From an uncultured Gemmatimonas sp. (GTDB lineage: Bacteria; Gemmatimonadota; Gemmatimonadetes; Gemmatimonadales; GWC2-71-9), in assembly GCA_964521535.1 (NCBI GenBank), contig CAZFSA010000003.1:1-61056 (forward strand): a DNA stretch of 61,056 nucleotides, written 5' to 3'. Of this stretch, positions 8,955 through 20,782 are shown one piece after another. A program made the translations under genes and the position numbers. The notes under the pieces are model-generated. The model made no database searches. It saw only the letters and a list, made by a program, of their open reading frames with translations, and had not been told where the DNA came from. Within the stretch, counting starts at the first letter, position 1, and each line of letters starts with the position of its first letter.

Positions 8955-10142
8955 ATGCCCAAGATCCCATTCCACCGACTCGCAGTTGGCGCTGCAATGG
9001 CAATGGCGGGCTGCAGCAATGGCCCACGGATGGCGTCGATTCGGAACGCCCATTGTACACCGGCCAGCAATCTGCAGCTGGCTCTGGTGGACTCCGTAGT
9101 CCTACGGGAGACCGACTCGGTCTATATCGGCGTGCCCGGTGCTAGCATCGTCGTGGCTCCGTCAGGCGATCTGCTAGTACCGGATTACGGCTTCGGTCGC
9201 TTGGTACGGTTCGCACGCAGCGGCGAGCTCCGCGGCACCATCGGCCACGTTGGCGGAGGACCTGGCGAGTTCCGCACTATCGGGGCCTTCGGGCTCGCGA
9301 CCGACCGCAGTCTTCTGCATATCGATGCCGGGGCCCGTCGGGTCAACGTCTTCGACGCGCAATCCGGCCTGTTTCGCACGGCGCTACCGTATGACGGCTA
9401 CATGTCTTGGATTACACATGACCGCGGCGAGTACTTGTTTGGCTTGATCGATTACGCCAACGGCATGTCGGTCGCAGTAGTACCCGATTCCCTGGTCGAC
9501 GGCTTGGCACCGATCGAAGGGACGAGACTGACCTCAGGCGCAGTGGCCTTGCCAGCCGAATATCGCACTTACCCGATGCTGCGCCAGTGGAACGATGCGA
9601 AGGTGACCCGCGCCCGTGACACACTCGTCGTCGCATTTGGCGGCCTTGACTACCTTGTCCGCGTGATCGGCTCAGACCGAGAAGTCGACACCTTCTACGT
9701 CCCGGTCTGCGGCCGACGCGGGACCTCCTCCGCAGTTCTTGAACAGTGGTTCCGGAACTCGCCGCGCACGCCGCGCGAGGCAGCCCACTTGGCAGCGGTG
9801 ACGGATAACGCCCTATCCGGCGCTGGCGGCCTCTGGCGACTCGGTGACGGCAAGTATCTCGTCTGGTATCAGGACCCTACGATTGACGCTGAGGGCAAGT
9901 CGCTCCTCGGCGTCGCGTTCGTCTCAGTTCTGTCGGCAGATCTACAGAGCGCATGTGTCGACGCCGCGATCAAAGCCCCCGGCTTGCAACGGCCGCGCAT
10001 TGGCTTCTACGCTGACTCGCTCTTTGTGCTTGACCAGACGACCGCAGATGTGGGAGGGGCGAGCCCCTCCACGGTCGTCAGGGTCTACGTACTCAAATCC
10101 GAGAACTGCCAGTGGCTTTCCACGAGTCAGCCCGATCGATGA
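8955..10142 (+). CDS. Lipoprotein with 6-bladed beta-propeller (NHL/TolB-like repeats)
   Basis: Lipobox MAGC; blades such as GDLLVPD...FARSGELRGTIGHVGGGPGEF and RVNVFDAQSG. Confidence 0.75.
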   Translation: MPKIPFHRLAVGAAMAMAGCSNGPRMASIRNAHCTPASNLQLALVDSVVLRETDSVYIGVPGASIVVAPSGDLLVPDYGFGRLVRFARSGELRGTIGHVGGGPGEFRTIGAFGLATDRSLLHIDAGARRVNVFDAQSGLFRTALPYDGYMSWITHDRGEYLFGLIDYANGMSVAVVPDSLVDGLAPIEGTRLTSGAVALPAEYRTYPMLRQWNDAKVTRARDTLVVAFGGLDYLVRVIGSDREVDTFYVPVCGRRGTSSAVLEQWFRNSPRTPREAAHLAAVTDNALSGAGGLWRLGDGKYLVWYQDPTIDAEGKSLLGVAFVSVLSADLQSACVDAAIKAPGLQRPRIGFYADSLFVLDQTTADVGGASPSTVVRVYVLKSENCQWLSTSQPDR

Positions 10143-10241
10143 GCGAACGACCCGAGTGTTGCCTGGGCGCCGTCGCGGCATCACAACGGAGTGAGAACTA
10201 GCACACAGAATTCGCGTTAAACAATCCCGCCGGACTCGCCG

Positions 10242-11263
10242 ATGCCGACATGCCCCGGTTCAGAACCGGACCCTGAGCCTCTGCCGACCCTGTATGCGCG
10301 CTGGTTGCGTGAGGCCTTGGGCACAGTCCCAAGCCGAGAACTGCGCGCCGACTGCGGCGACTGCCCCATGTCTAGCGACACCGCAGGCAGTCACGCGGCC
10401 GTCCGCTTCGACGACCGCGTGAAGTGCTGCACGTACTTGCCCGTGTTGCCGAACTACCTCGTCGGACAATGCCTGGCTGACCCGACGGTGCCCGCGGCGG
10501 GCGTCGCGATCGCTGCTTCGGTCGATCGCCGGCTCTTCAGTGCCCCCACCTGCTTCCGGAGTCAGGTCAATGCGGCATTTGGAATCACAGAAACGCAGTC
10601 TGTTCAACATGGTTTTGCAAGTACGATGGTGGCCGTGCCGGCTTTCGACAATGGCAAGCGATCGCCGCGCTGTTGGGCCTGGCCGAGCGCTCGCTGTCCC
10701 TCTGGGTGTGTCGCTCACTCGATATCGGCATCGACGCCCTCCGAGAACTCTGTTCGTACCGCGACGCGAAGACGGTGGACCTGTTGGGCGCGGAACTCCG
10801 CGGAAGCTGGCCCCTCGCGGCAGGCCGTCTCTGGGGGCCCTTGCTGGGCCGCGAACGGGACTTCTATCGCGAAGCAGCCGACCTGGTTGGAGCGCTGTCG
10901 TGGAGTGCAATACTGGAAATCGGGGGTTCAGAGCTAGAGATCTTGGCGCAACTCGCCCGGGACGCCGTCGAGAAGCGTGCCCTACCGGCCCCGACGCTCG
11001 TTCAACTCGGCACCTTTCGGATCCATGGTGGTCGGGAAGGGACGCCGCTGCTTGAAACCTACAGTCCGTATGATTGCCTGCCGGTCGGACCAGAGACGCT
11101 GGTGACGGTTCTGCGACGCCTGCCGAATCGCCGCCGGCGTGACCGTCGTGAGTTGGGCCTCAGCCAGTCGTCCGTCGAGGCGTTGCTGGCCCACGGAGTG
11201 CTCGTTGCGCCTGAATTCGAAGAGCAGGGCAAGGCTGCAGGGACCAGGGGTGGCGACCCGTAG
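10242..11263 (+). pseudogene. Cys-cluster (YkgJ/CxxCxxCC-like) protein, frameshifted near 10535
   Basis: Frame 1 gives CGDCPM...KCCTYLPVLPNYLVG; a different frame continues LQCPHLLPESGQCGIWNHRNAVCSTWFCKY into ORF 10673-11263. Confidence 0.7.
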
Positions 11264-11496
11264 GCCACCCGTTCCTTGGAATCGGCCGTCCAAATGGGTT
11301 GCCTGAACGTTCGGCGATCAACGGACAGCCGAGGGAGAACGAACGAGGGCGTACCACAACACCCTTCTCTGGTCCTCTGGAGACGGCGCAGCAGCCGGCG
11401 GCTGAATTCGTGGGCGGCCCGAACGGAGCTTCACGGATGGTGCGCTGCTGACGAAGCCCGAAACTCGGCAGACCCGCTCCGGCCGGTAGAGCCAGT

Positions 11497-11985
11497 TTAT
11501 CGGCAGCCCGCACACACCCCGTGCAGCTGCACCTCCCGCCGGTCGACCCGGAAGCCGTCGATCGCGGTCCGCCGGCGGTTGACCTTGACGTCCACGCCGG
11601 AGAGGTAGACGTCCCAGACCCGGCCGCACTTCCGGCAGATGAAGTGGTGATGCTCGTCGGGGTTCACCTCGAACTGCACCGCCGCGCCAGCCCGGTCCAG
11701 GGTGCGGATCAGGCCCTCGCGCACCAGCTCCTGCAGGTTCCGGTAGACCGTCGCGTGAGAGACCGTGGGCAGCACCCGGCGGACCTGGCGGACCAGGTCG
11801 TCTGCCGTGGGGTGGCCGACGGCGTCGCTCAGGACCCGGAGCAGCAGGTCGCGCTGGGGTGTGAGCCGGAGCCCGCGGCGCCGGCATTCCTCTCGGAGGC
11901 GGGCGTGGCCCTCCCCGGGCGGGGAGGGCCGCCGGGACGAATGGCGTGGGGCCTTGGCGGCCGTGGGTCCGGAGTGGTCAGGCAT
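11497..11985 (-). CDS. fur: Fur-family (PerR/FurA-like) transcriptional regulator
   Basis: RLTPQR, HPTAD, ATVYRNL, HHHFICRKC and C-terminal CAGC; divergent from katG. Confidence 0.92.
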   Translation of the reverse strand: MPDHSGPTAAKAPRHSSRRPSPPGEGHARLREECRRRGLRLTPQRDLLLRVLSDAVGHPTADDLVRQVRRVLPTVSHATVYRNLQELVREGLIRTLDRAGAAVQFEVNPDEHHHFICRKCGRVWDVYLSGVDVKVNRRRTAIDGFRVDRREVQLHGVCAGCR

Positions 11986-11991
11986 CCTACT

Positions 11992-12006
11992 TGATAATAG
12001 TTATCG
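11992..12006. promoter_or_regulatory. Fur/Per-box-like operator between fur and katG
   Basis: TGATAAT-A-GTTATCG, a near match to the 7-1-7 inverted repeat TGATAATnATTATCA, AT-rich in a GC-rich context. Confidence 0.7.
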
Positions 12007-12073
12007 GTCCGACTAGAGTCGAGGCCGGTCGCGCGAGGTCCTCCCTCGCCCACCCGCAACCCGCCAGGACTGA

Positions 12074-14269
<2,196 letters not shown>

Positions 14270-14313
14270 ACGCGCGCCCGGAAGACAGCAGGGCTCGGCG
14301 GGTGGGACCCGCG

Positions 14314-14838
14314 GTGCCGCCGGACGCGGCCCACACCAGCCGGTGGCGGATCTTCGAGGTGGTCTTCGGGATCCCGTTCCTGGCGGCCATCGTCCTGCAA
14401 CGGGCGTGGCCGCTTTCCCTGCCCCGGGGCCCTCTGACACCCGCGGTCCGCCTGGTGGGGGTGGCCCTGATCGTGGCCGGGCTGGCAATGGTGGCGCTGG
14501 CCCGCCGTGAACTGGGGCGGCAGGGCCAGCCGACCGACCCGGGACGGTCGACCAGCAGGCTGGTCACGACCGGCGTCTTCTCGGTATCGAGAAACCCGCT
14601 GTACCTGGGCGGAATCAGCCTGCTGGTGGGCATCGCGCTGGCGTTCGATCTGCCCTGGGTGCTGATCCTGCTGGTCCCCGCCATCCCGGTCGCGCAGGGC
14701 GTGCTGATCGCCCCTGAGGAGCGGTACCTGGCCGCCAGGTTCGGCGAGGAGTACCGGGCCTACAGCGCCTCCGTCCGCCGATGGATCGGCCGGTCCCGCG
14801 AGTCAGACGCCACGCGGCGTCGTCGCGGCCCTTCCTGA
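14314..14838 (+). CDS. Isoprenylcysteine carboxylmethyltransferase/PEMT-family membrane protein
   Basis: LVTTGVFSVSRNPLYLG and EERYLAARFGEEYRAY..VRRWI motifs; start uncertain. Confidence 0.85.
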   Translation: MPPDAAHTSRWRIFEVVFGIPFLAAIVLQRAWPLSLPRGPLTPAVRLVGVALIVAGLAMVALARRELGRQGQPTDPGRSTSRLVTTGVFSVSRNPLYLGGISLLVGIALAFDLPWVLILLVPAIPVAQGVLIAPEERYLAARFGEEYRAYSASVRRWIGRSRESDATRRRRGPS

Positions 14839-14887
14839 TCCCGGGAAGGGGCCGGCCAACGCCGGGCAGGCCCCGACCGGGAGCCAA

Positions 14888-15319
14888 CTATCGGCGCAGG
14901 AGGCCCCGGAGGCTGCCGAAGAAGCCCAGCCGCATCGCCCGGGTGTCGTGTCGCGCCCGCTCGAAGAAGACTTCCAGCGCCTCCAGTTCCCCTCGATCCA
15001 GCCACACCCCCTGGCAGCTGGCGCAGGCATCGATGAGAATGCGCGACGCGTAGCCGTACTCCTTCCGATCGAGCGTCCGGTCGCAGACCGGGCAGCGTCG
15101 CTCGCGCTCGCTCTTTTCCCGCGCCATGGCATAGGCGCGCGATACGCTGTCCGGAATGGCCCGGAGCTCGTCGCCGTAGTCGTGCTCGACCGCGTTCTGG
15201 ATTCGCTCCAGCTCGCCGGCTTCCAGCCAGACGCCATGGCAGGCCGGGCATTCGTCGATCACGATGTCCGATTCGTAGCGACGCTGCACCAGGGTCTGGT
15301 GGTCGATCGGGCACTGCAT
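14888..15319 (-). CDS. Protein with two zf-TFIIB-like zinc ribbons
   Basis: CPID...IDECPACHGVWLEAGEL and CPVC...IDACASCQGVWLDRGEL. Confidence 0.85.
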   Translation of the reverse strand: MQCPIDHQTLVQRRYESDIVIDECPACHGVWLEAGELERIQNAVEHDYGDELRAIPDSVSRAYAMAREKSERERRCPVCDRTLDRKEYGYASRILIDACASCQGVWLDRGELEALEVFFERARHDTRAMRLGFFGSLRGLLRR

Positions 15320-15468
15320 CTCTTTCCTCCCGGATTCCGGAGCCGATGGATCGCCGGGGAACATACACGGCCACGCGGGTCGACGCCTCCTTCCCTCCCG
15401 GAGGAGGAAGGGACAAGTTTGGCCCGTACCGGCGGCCCGACCGGTCGCCCGAAGGGAGGGATGCCCAC

Positions 15469-16359
15469 ATGACCCGCAAGACCGCCCACGACTTCGACCA
15501 GGAACTCCTGATCCTCTTCGACGCCTATGTCCATGGCGCGATCGACCGGCGGACCTTCCTCGACCGGGCGGCCAGGTTCGCCGTGGGTGGGGTGACCGCC
15601 GCGATGCTGCTGGAGCAGCTGAGCCCGAAGTTTCTCGAGGCCCAGGTGGTACGACCTGACGACCAACGGATCGCCGGTGAGTACCTGGAGTACGACTCGC
15701 CCAGGGGCCACGGGCGGATGCGGGGATACCTGGTGGCGCCCGCCGGCGGCTCCGGCCCGTGGCCGGGGATCCTGGTCATCCACGAGAACCGGGGCCTCAA
15801 TCCCCACATCGAGGACATCACCCGACGGCTCGCGCTCGATCAATTCGTGGCCTTCGCCCCGGACGCCCTGTTCCCGCTGGGCGGCTACCCTGGAGACGAG
15901 GATCGCGCCCGGGAACTCTTTCCGCAGCTCGATCAGGCCAGGACCCGCGAGGACTTCGTCGCCGCGGCCGGCTTCCTCCGCGGCCGGCCCGAGTGCACGG
16001 GGCGGGTCGGCGCAGTGGGCTTCTGCTACGGCGGCGGCATGGTGAACTACCTCGCCACCCGGCTGGGCGCCGACCTCGCCGCAGGGGTAGCCTTCTACGG
16101 ATCCTCGCCCAACCTGGAGGACGTGCCGAAGATCCGGGCCCCGCTCCTGATCCAGTCGGCCGAGAACGACCCCCGGATCAACGCCAGCTGGCCCGCCTAT
16201 GAGGAGGCGCTCAAGGCGGCGGGGGTGACCTACGAGCGCCACCTCTACCCCGGGACCCAGCACGGCTTCAACAACGACACCACCCCGCGCTACGACGCCG
16301 AGGCGGCGAAGCTCGCGTGGAGCCGGACGATCGCCTTCTTCAACCGGTACCTCCGATAG
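15469..16359 (+). CDS. Dienelactone hydrolase family (YghX-like)
   Basis: HENRGLNPHIED, GFCYGG, HGFNNDT; RBS GGAGG upstream. Confidence 0.92.
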   Translation: MTRKTAHDFDQELLILFDAYVHGAIDRRTFLDRAARFAVGGVTAAMLLEQLSPKFLEAQVVRPDDQRIAGEYLEYDSPRGHGRMRGYLVAPAGGSGPWPGILVIHENRGLNPHIEDITRRLALDQFVAFAPDALFPLGGYPGDEDRARELFPQLDQARTREDFVAAAGFLRGRPECTGRVGAVGFCYGGGMVNYLATRLGADLAAGVAFYGSSPNLEDVPKIRAPLLIQSAENDPRINASWPAYEEALKAAGVTYERHLYPGTQHGFNNDTTPRYDAEAAKLAWSRTIAFFNRYLR

Positions 16360-16368
16360 TCGAACCGG

Positions 16369-17910
16369 ATGGCGTTGACCTTCACCACGGTACGAACACC
16401 CATGCCGAAGCTTCGAACCTCGTCCTTCATGGTGGTGCTCTGGGTTGCCTTGACCGCCGCGTCCGCCGCCGCCCAGCAGCCAGCGCTCGACGGGCTGGAC
16501 CGGCACGTGACCGCCGCCCTCCAGGAGCTGGAGCACCCCGGGCTCGCGATCGCGATCGTGAAGAACGATTCGGTGGTCTATGCCAGGGGCTTTGGCGTCC
16601 GGGCGATCGGGCGCCCCGAGCCCGTCGACGCCCATACGATCTTCGCCATCGGCTCATCCTCGAAGGCCTTCACTGGCCTCTCCGTGGCGATGCTGGTCGA
16701 TCAGGGGAAGATGGCCTGGGATGAGCCGCTCGCGACCTACCTGCCCGGGTTTCAGCTCAAGGACCCCTACGTCAGCCGGGCGCTCACGGTCCGCGATGCC
16801 CTGACCCATCGGAGCGGGCTGGCCCGCACCGACCTGGTCTGGATCAGCGGCCAGTTCGACAGCGACGAGCTGCTCCGCCGCCTCCGCTTCGTCGAGCCGG
16901 CGGGCGGCTTCCGGGCGTCGTACGGGTATCAGAACCTGATGTACCTCGCGGCCGGCATGGCGGTGGCCAGGGTGGCCGGCCTCCCCTCGTGGCAGGACTT
17001 CGTGGCCCAGCGGATCTTTGCCCCGCTCGGGATGCGGGAGTCGAGTCTCAGCGTGCGGGCGCTCGAGGGGCAGTCCAACGTCGCCCTGCCCCACGCCCGG
17101 ATCGACGATACCCTTCGGGTCCTGGGCTACCGGAACGTCGACGCGGTGGCGCCGGCCGGGTCGATCAACTCCAACGTGCTCGACATGGCGCAATGGCTCC
17201 GATTCCAGCTGGCCGGCGGCAAGGTCGGCGGCAAGCCGCTCCTGGGCCAGCGCGCGTTCGAGGAGACCCGAACCCCGCAGTTCACGCTTCGTCGCGGCGG
17301 CGGCCCCACCGCCGACCGCGACGGCTACTTCTCGGCCTACGGCATGGGCTGGTTCCTCCAGGACTACCGCGGCCGGTTCGTGGTGCACCACGGCGGCAAC
17401 ATCGACGGGATGACGGCGCTGGTGGCGCTGATGCCCGACGAGCAGCTGGGCGTGGTGGTCCTCACCAACATGAACGGATCGCCGCTGCCCACGGCGCTCG
17501 TCTTCGACGTGTTCGACCGGTATCTCGGCCTGCCACCCAAGGATCGGATCGCCGAGATCAAGCAGGCCCGGGCCCGGGCTGCCGCCAGGGCCGCCGAGCA
17601 GCTCGCCGATGCCGAGGCCAAGCGGGTGAAGGGCACCAGACCGTCCCTGGCCCTCGAGCGGTACGCCGGCACCTATGCCGACAGCGCCAACGGCGAGATG
17701 CGGGTGACGCTGGAGGACGGGAAGCTGGTGCTCCGGTACGGGACCCAGTTCACCGGTGACCTGGAGCACTGGCACTTCGACACGTTCCGGGCGCGGTGGC
17801 GTCGGTCGGCGCTGTTCTCGCAGAACCTGGTGTCGTTCGGCCTGGGGCGGGACGGAGGGGTGAGCACCCTGTCGGTGGACCAGTTCGGGGAGTTCGGGCG
17901 CCGGCCCTGA
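16369..17910 (+). CDS. Serine hydrolase, beta-lactamase/PBP-like, with C-terminal DUF3471-like domain
   Basis: Signal peptide, SSSK (SxxK), YQN (YxN), HGG; C-terminal YAGTY..LEHWHFDTF; start may be 16402. Confidence 0.9.
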   Translation: MALTFTTVRTPMPKLRTSSFMVVLWVALTAASAAAQQPALDGLDRHVTAALQELEHPGLAIAIVKNDSVVYARGFGVRAIGRPEPVDAHTIFAIGSSSKAFTGLSVAMLVDQGKMAWDEPLATYLPGFQLKDPYVSRALTVRDALTHRSGLARTDLVWISGQFDSDELLRRLRFVEPAGGFRASYGYQNLMYLAAGMAVARVAGLPSWQDFVAQRIFAPLGMRESSLSVRALEGQSNVALPHARIDDTLRVLGYRNVDAVAPAGSINSNVLDMAQWLRFQLAGGKVGGKPLLGQRAFEETRTPQFTLRRGGGPTADRDGYFSAYGMGWFLQDYRGRFVVHHGGNIDGMTALVALMPDEQLGVVVLTNMNGSPLPTALVFDVFDRYLGLPPKDRIAEIKQARARAAARAAEQLADAEAKRVKGTRPSLALERYAGTYADSANGEMRVTLEDGKLVLRYGTQFTGDLEHWHFDTFRARWRRSALFSQNLVSFGLGRDGGVSTLSVDQFGEFGRRP

Positions 17911-17935
17911 GCCGTTCTGCGGCCCATATTGTTCA

Positions 17936-18277
17936 ATGAAGCCCTCCACCGCGCTCCGCACGGTGCGAGCCGTGCACACCGTCGCCTGGGCGATCCTCGC
18001 GGGCTGCGTCGTGGCGATCGGGCCGTTGGCGTGGGCGCGGCAGTGGACCGCGGCACTGGCAGTGAGCCTGGTGGTGCTGGTGGAGGTCCTGGTCCTGGCG
18101 ATGAACGGCTGGCGGTGCCCCCTGACCCCGATCGCGGCCCGCTACACCGACGATCGGCGGCCCAATTTCGACATCTATCTGCCGGAGTGGCTGGCGCGGT
18201 ACAACAAGGAGATCTTCGGAAGCCTGTACGTGGCCGGGCTGGTCACGTTGGTGGGGCGGTGGGCCGGCTGGTTCTAG
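17936..18277 (+). CDS. Small membrane protein (DUF2784-like)
   Basis: Three hydrophobic segments, WRCPLT motif, NFDIYLPEW. Confidence 0.65.
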   Translation: MKPSTALRTVRAVHTVAWAILAGCVVAIGPLAWARQWTAALAVSLVVLVEVLVLAMNGWRCPLTPIAARYTDDRRPNFDIYLPEWLARYNKEIFGSLYVAGLVTLVGRWAGWF

Positions 18278-18398
18278 CCGGAACCCGGTCCTGGGTGAAG
18301 ATCGGTCAGAGCCGGAGGCCCGCACCGTGGGCCGCCCCCGTTATGCGGACAGTCACTATCGCAACCGCTGCTCGACGACCCCAAACACGGGCCTGACA

Positions 18399-19874
18399 AT
18401 GGACCGCAGAGAATTTGTGACCGGCATGGCCGCGCTGGGGGCCGTCGTGAGCGGCGGCCTGAGCTGCCTCCCTCGCGTCCGCGCCAGGGCGGACTCCCTG
18501 GTCGCCCTGGAGCCGCCAGGGCCCGGAGTGAGCGTCTATGAGCCACACATCGCGATCGATCCCGGCAACCCCGATCGGATCGCCGTGGCTGCCCAGTATG
18601 GCGTTCGGGGCGGACGCGGAGGCCGCAACATCCAGCTCTGGGTCTCTGAAGACGGAGGCCGAACCTGGAGTTCGACACGTGTCCCGCGGCCGAAGCTCGA
18701 TGGCGAGTTCGCGGCGGACCCGCTGGTGGCCTTTCACGCGGATGGTGGCCTGATCGTCTGCAGCAACTTCGGCCGGCAATGGGTCGCCGACCTGAACGAC
18801 GGTAACACCCATTCGCGGCACACGGTCCCATCGTTCGAGAAGCTCTGGGGCATGGTGGACGGCCGGATCCAGGCGCCCGACGACCTTCTCACCGCCGGCG
18901 GGATCGCCATCTCCCGAACCGAGGATGGCGGGCGCACGCTCCGGGCCACGGTGGTCCCCGGGATCTCGCCCGGCGCGGACAAGACCTCCATGGCGCTCGA
19001 CCGTTCCCCGACGAGCCCTCATCGAGGTGCCGTGTACGTGGCATGGTCTGATCAGCTCCCTTCCGTTCGGGTCGCGCGGTCCGTCGATGGAGGACGGACC
19101 TTCGCGCCTCCTGTGACAGTCCAAACCCGGGCCCTGGCCGCGATGCACCAGATCGCGGTTCGACCCGACGGCTCCGTTCACCTGTTGTGGACCAGCGCGG
19201 GGATGCCGGGGATTGCCAGCCAACTCAACCCGCAAGCCGATGGGTCGCCGGACGCCGGCAAGCTCATCTACCAGGTGGTCTCCCGCGACGGAGGCGCCAC
19301 CTTCTCGGAGCCGCAGGCCGTGGCGGCCCATGCCGGGGTCGGGATGGTGGGCCTCCCGTCCCTCGCGGTCGGCACGAACGGCTCCATGCTTTGGGTGTGG
19401 GGACAGACCACTGTGCTTCCCGACCCGAACCAACGCCCGCTGCTCCAGGCGCGCCACCGTCTGTTCGCCATCCGGAGCGACGGAGACAGTGCCTGGTCGC
19501 TGCCCTACGAGCTCTGCCCCTGGGCGCCCGCCGGCACCCACATGGGTCTTCCCGTCGTCACGACCGCCGGGCCGACGTGGTGGCTCCTCACCTATCTTGC
19601 CGACGACCAGGGGACCAGCGTGGTCCTGCTGCGATCCGACGATGGTCGGCGGTTCGAGCTGGACCGCACGCTCGCCACTCGCCCGTATCCCGCCGAGGAG
19701 ATCAGCCTGATGGGATCGTACCTCGCCCGCTTCTGCGACGAGATCCCGCAGATCGGTGACTACGTGAGCCTCGCGGCCACGGGGGCCCGCGTCGCGTCAG
19801 CCTTTGTCCTGCCGGAGACCGTCGAGCCCACGTCCCGGGCAACGGTGCATGTCGCGCTCAGCGACGTTCGGTAG
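18399..19874 (+). CDS. Tat-exported BNR/Asp-box (sialidase-like) beta-propeller protein
   Basis: MDRREF twin-arginine signal; Asp boxes SEDGGRTW, TEDGGRTL, SVDGGRTF, SRDGGATF; C-terminal IGDY. Confidence 0.8.
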   Translation: MDRREFVTGMAALGAVVSGGLSCLPRVRARADSLVALEPPGPGVSVYEPHIAIDPGNPDRIAVAAQYGVRGGRGGRNIQLWVSEDGGRTWSSTRVPRPKLDGEFAADPLVAFHADGGLIVCSNFGRQWVADLNDGNTHSRHTVPSFEKLWGMVDGRIQAPDDLLTAGGIAISRTEDGGRTLRATVVPGISPGADKTSMALDRSPTSPHRGAVYVAWSDQLPSVRVARSVDGGRTFAPPVTVQTRALAAMHQIAVRPDGSVHLLWTSAGMPGIASQLNPQADGSPDAGKLIYQVVSRDGGATFSEPQAVAAHAGVGMVGLPSLAVGTNGSMLWVWGQTTVLPDPNQRPLLQARHRLFAIRSDGDSAWSLPYELCPWAPAGTHMGLPVVTTAGPTWWLLTYLADDQGTSVVLLRSDDGRRFELDRTLATRPYPAEEISLMGSYLARFCDEIPQIGDYVSLAATGARVASAFVLPETVEPTSRATVHVALSDVR

Positions 19875-20040
19875 GTCTGTCGGGTCCGCTTGGCTCGGAC
19901 TCGGACGCGGGTCGTGGCCCGGGGTCCGACTTGAGGACGGGGTCGCTGCCAGGGCGAGGCTCTCGGCTGGGCTCGCCGTTGCCGCGATACTTGGATCAGG
20001 CGGCAGCGTTGGCGCGGTTCGCGACTTCGAGCGCTGGGCG

Positions 20041-20545
20041 ATGTCGCCGAAGTCCTTACCGCTGCGACCTGTCCGCGATAAGGTACGCCATGGGCACTTA
20101 GCGCGCGAAGGGCATGCCTATCCACACTCGATCCTCCATTCGTCCGGTTCCACGGGGCCCGGAATCGCTTCGGTCTTGGGGGAGCGGGAGGCCACCCTCG
20201 TTCCGAACCCGGCTGGCGTTTCCCCTCACTCAGACGCAGACCCTGTGCGCGCCGCTGTTCTTGTTTGAGACGGTGCTCGGACGCCTACTCCACCACTTGC
20301 CAGGGATGACCTCAGCGCCGCGGCGCCCTCAGCTCGCCCCAGCCTGCCACGCGGGCTCAACCAAGCGGACGACCTGTCGTATCCTTCGACACTCGTTCGC
20401 GAGGCACTTGCTCAAGTCGGGGCACGACATCCCAGCTATCCAGCCGGTTGCGCGGCATTGTAAAGTGGCAACGACGTGGGATCTACACGCATGTACCCCC
20501 TCCCGGCGGGTGGGGTGGTTCGGAGCCCGCAGACGCTGCAGATGA
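20041..20545 (+). pseudogene. intI: Integron integrase remnant (frameshifts, large internal deletion)
   Basis: Fragments VRDKVRHGH..AY, FVRFHG, TQTQTLCAPLFLFETVLG (cf. TQNQALSALLFLY.VL), TKRTTCRILRHSFARHLLKSGHDI (cf. TCHTLRHSFATHLLE.GYDI), terminal VRSP. Confidence 0.85.
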
Positions 20546-20590
20546 GGAGGAGCGGGAGGTGACTTAGTCTTGCGGGGTGAGGCGGCGGGC

Positions 20591-20707
20591 TGCAGCTTAA
20601 TCAGAGGTTAGCCGGCGGGAGCTAACCTCCGCTGTATCAAAAAGAGTTCTGCCGTTCGCAGCGTTTTGCAGCTCTTGACCGCGCAGCTTAAGCCTTGTGC
20701 GTTATGC
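20591..20707 (+). other. Candidate attI / degenerate attC recombination-site region
   Basis: Two units GCAGCTTAA-spacer-GTTA (GTTAGCC 20607-20613; GTTATGC 20701-20707), GCTAAC at 20621-20626, and an internal AAGAG(TT)CTGC/GCAGCTCTT stem. Confidence 0.5.
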
Positions 20708-20782
20708 AGCACGGTTGGGAGAGCGGTCGTATGGCCGTTCGCGACTCGCAAGGGTCCCCAGCCGTTTTTCGTTCTCCCAGAA

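Noticed and set aside
16369-17910. Antibiotic-resistance beta-lactamase
   Set aside because: SxxK/YxN/HGG plus a DUF3471-like tail is typical of general serine hydrolases/peptidases; resistance cannot be inferred
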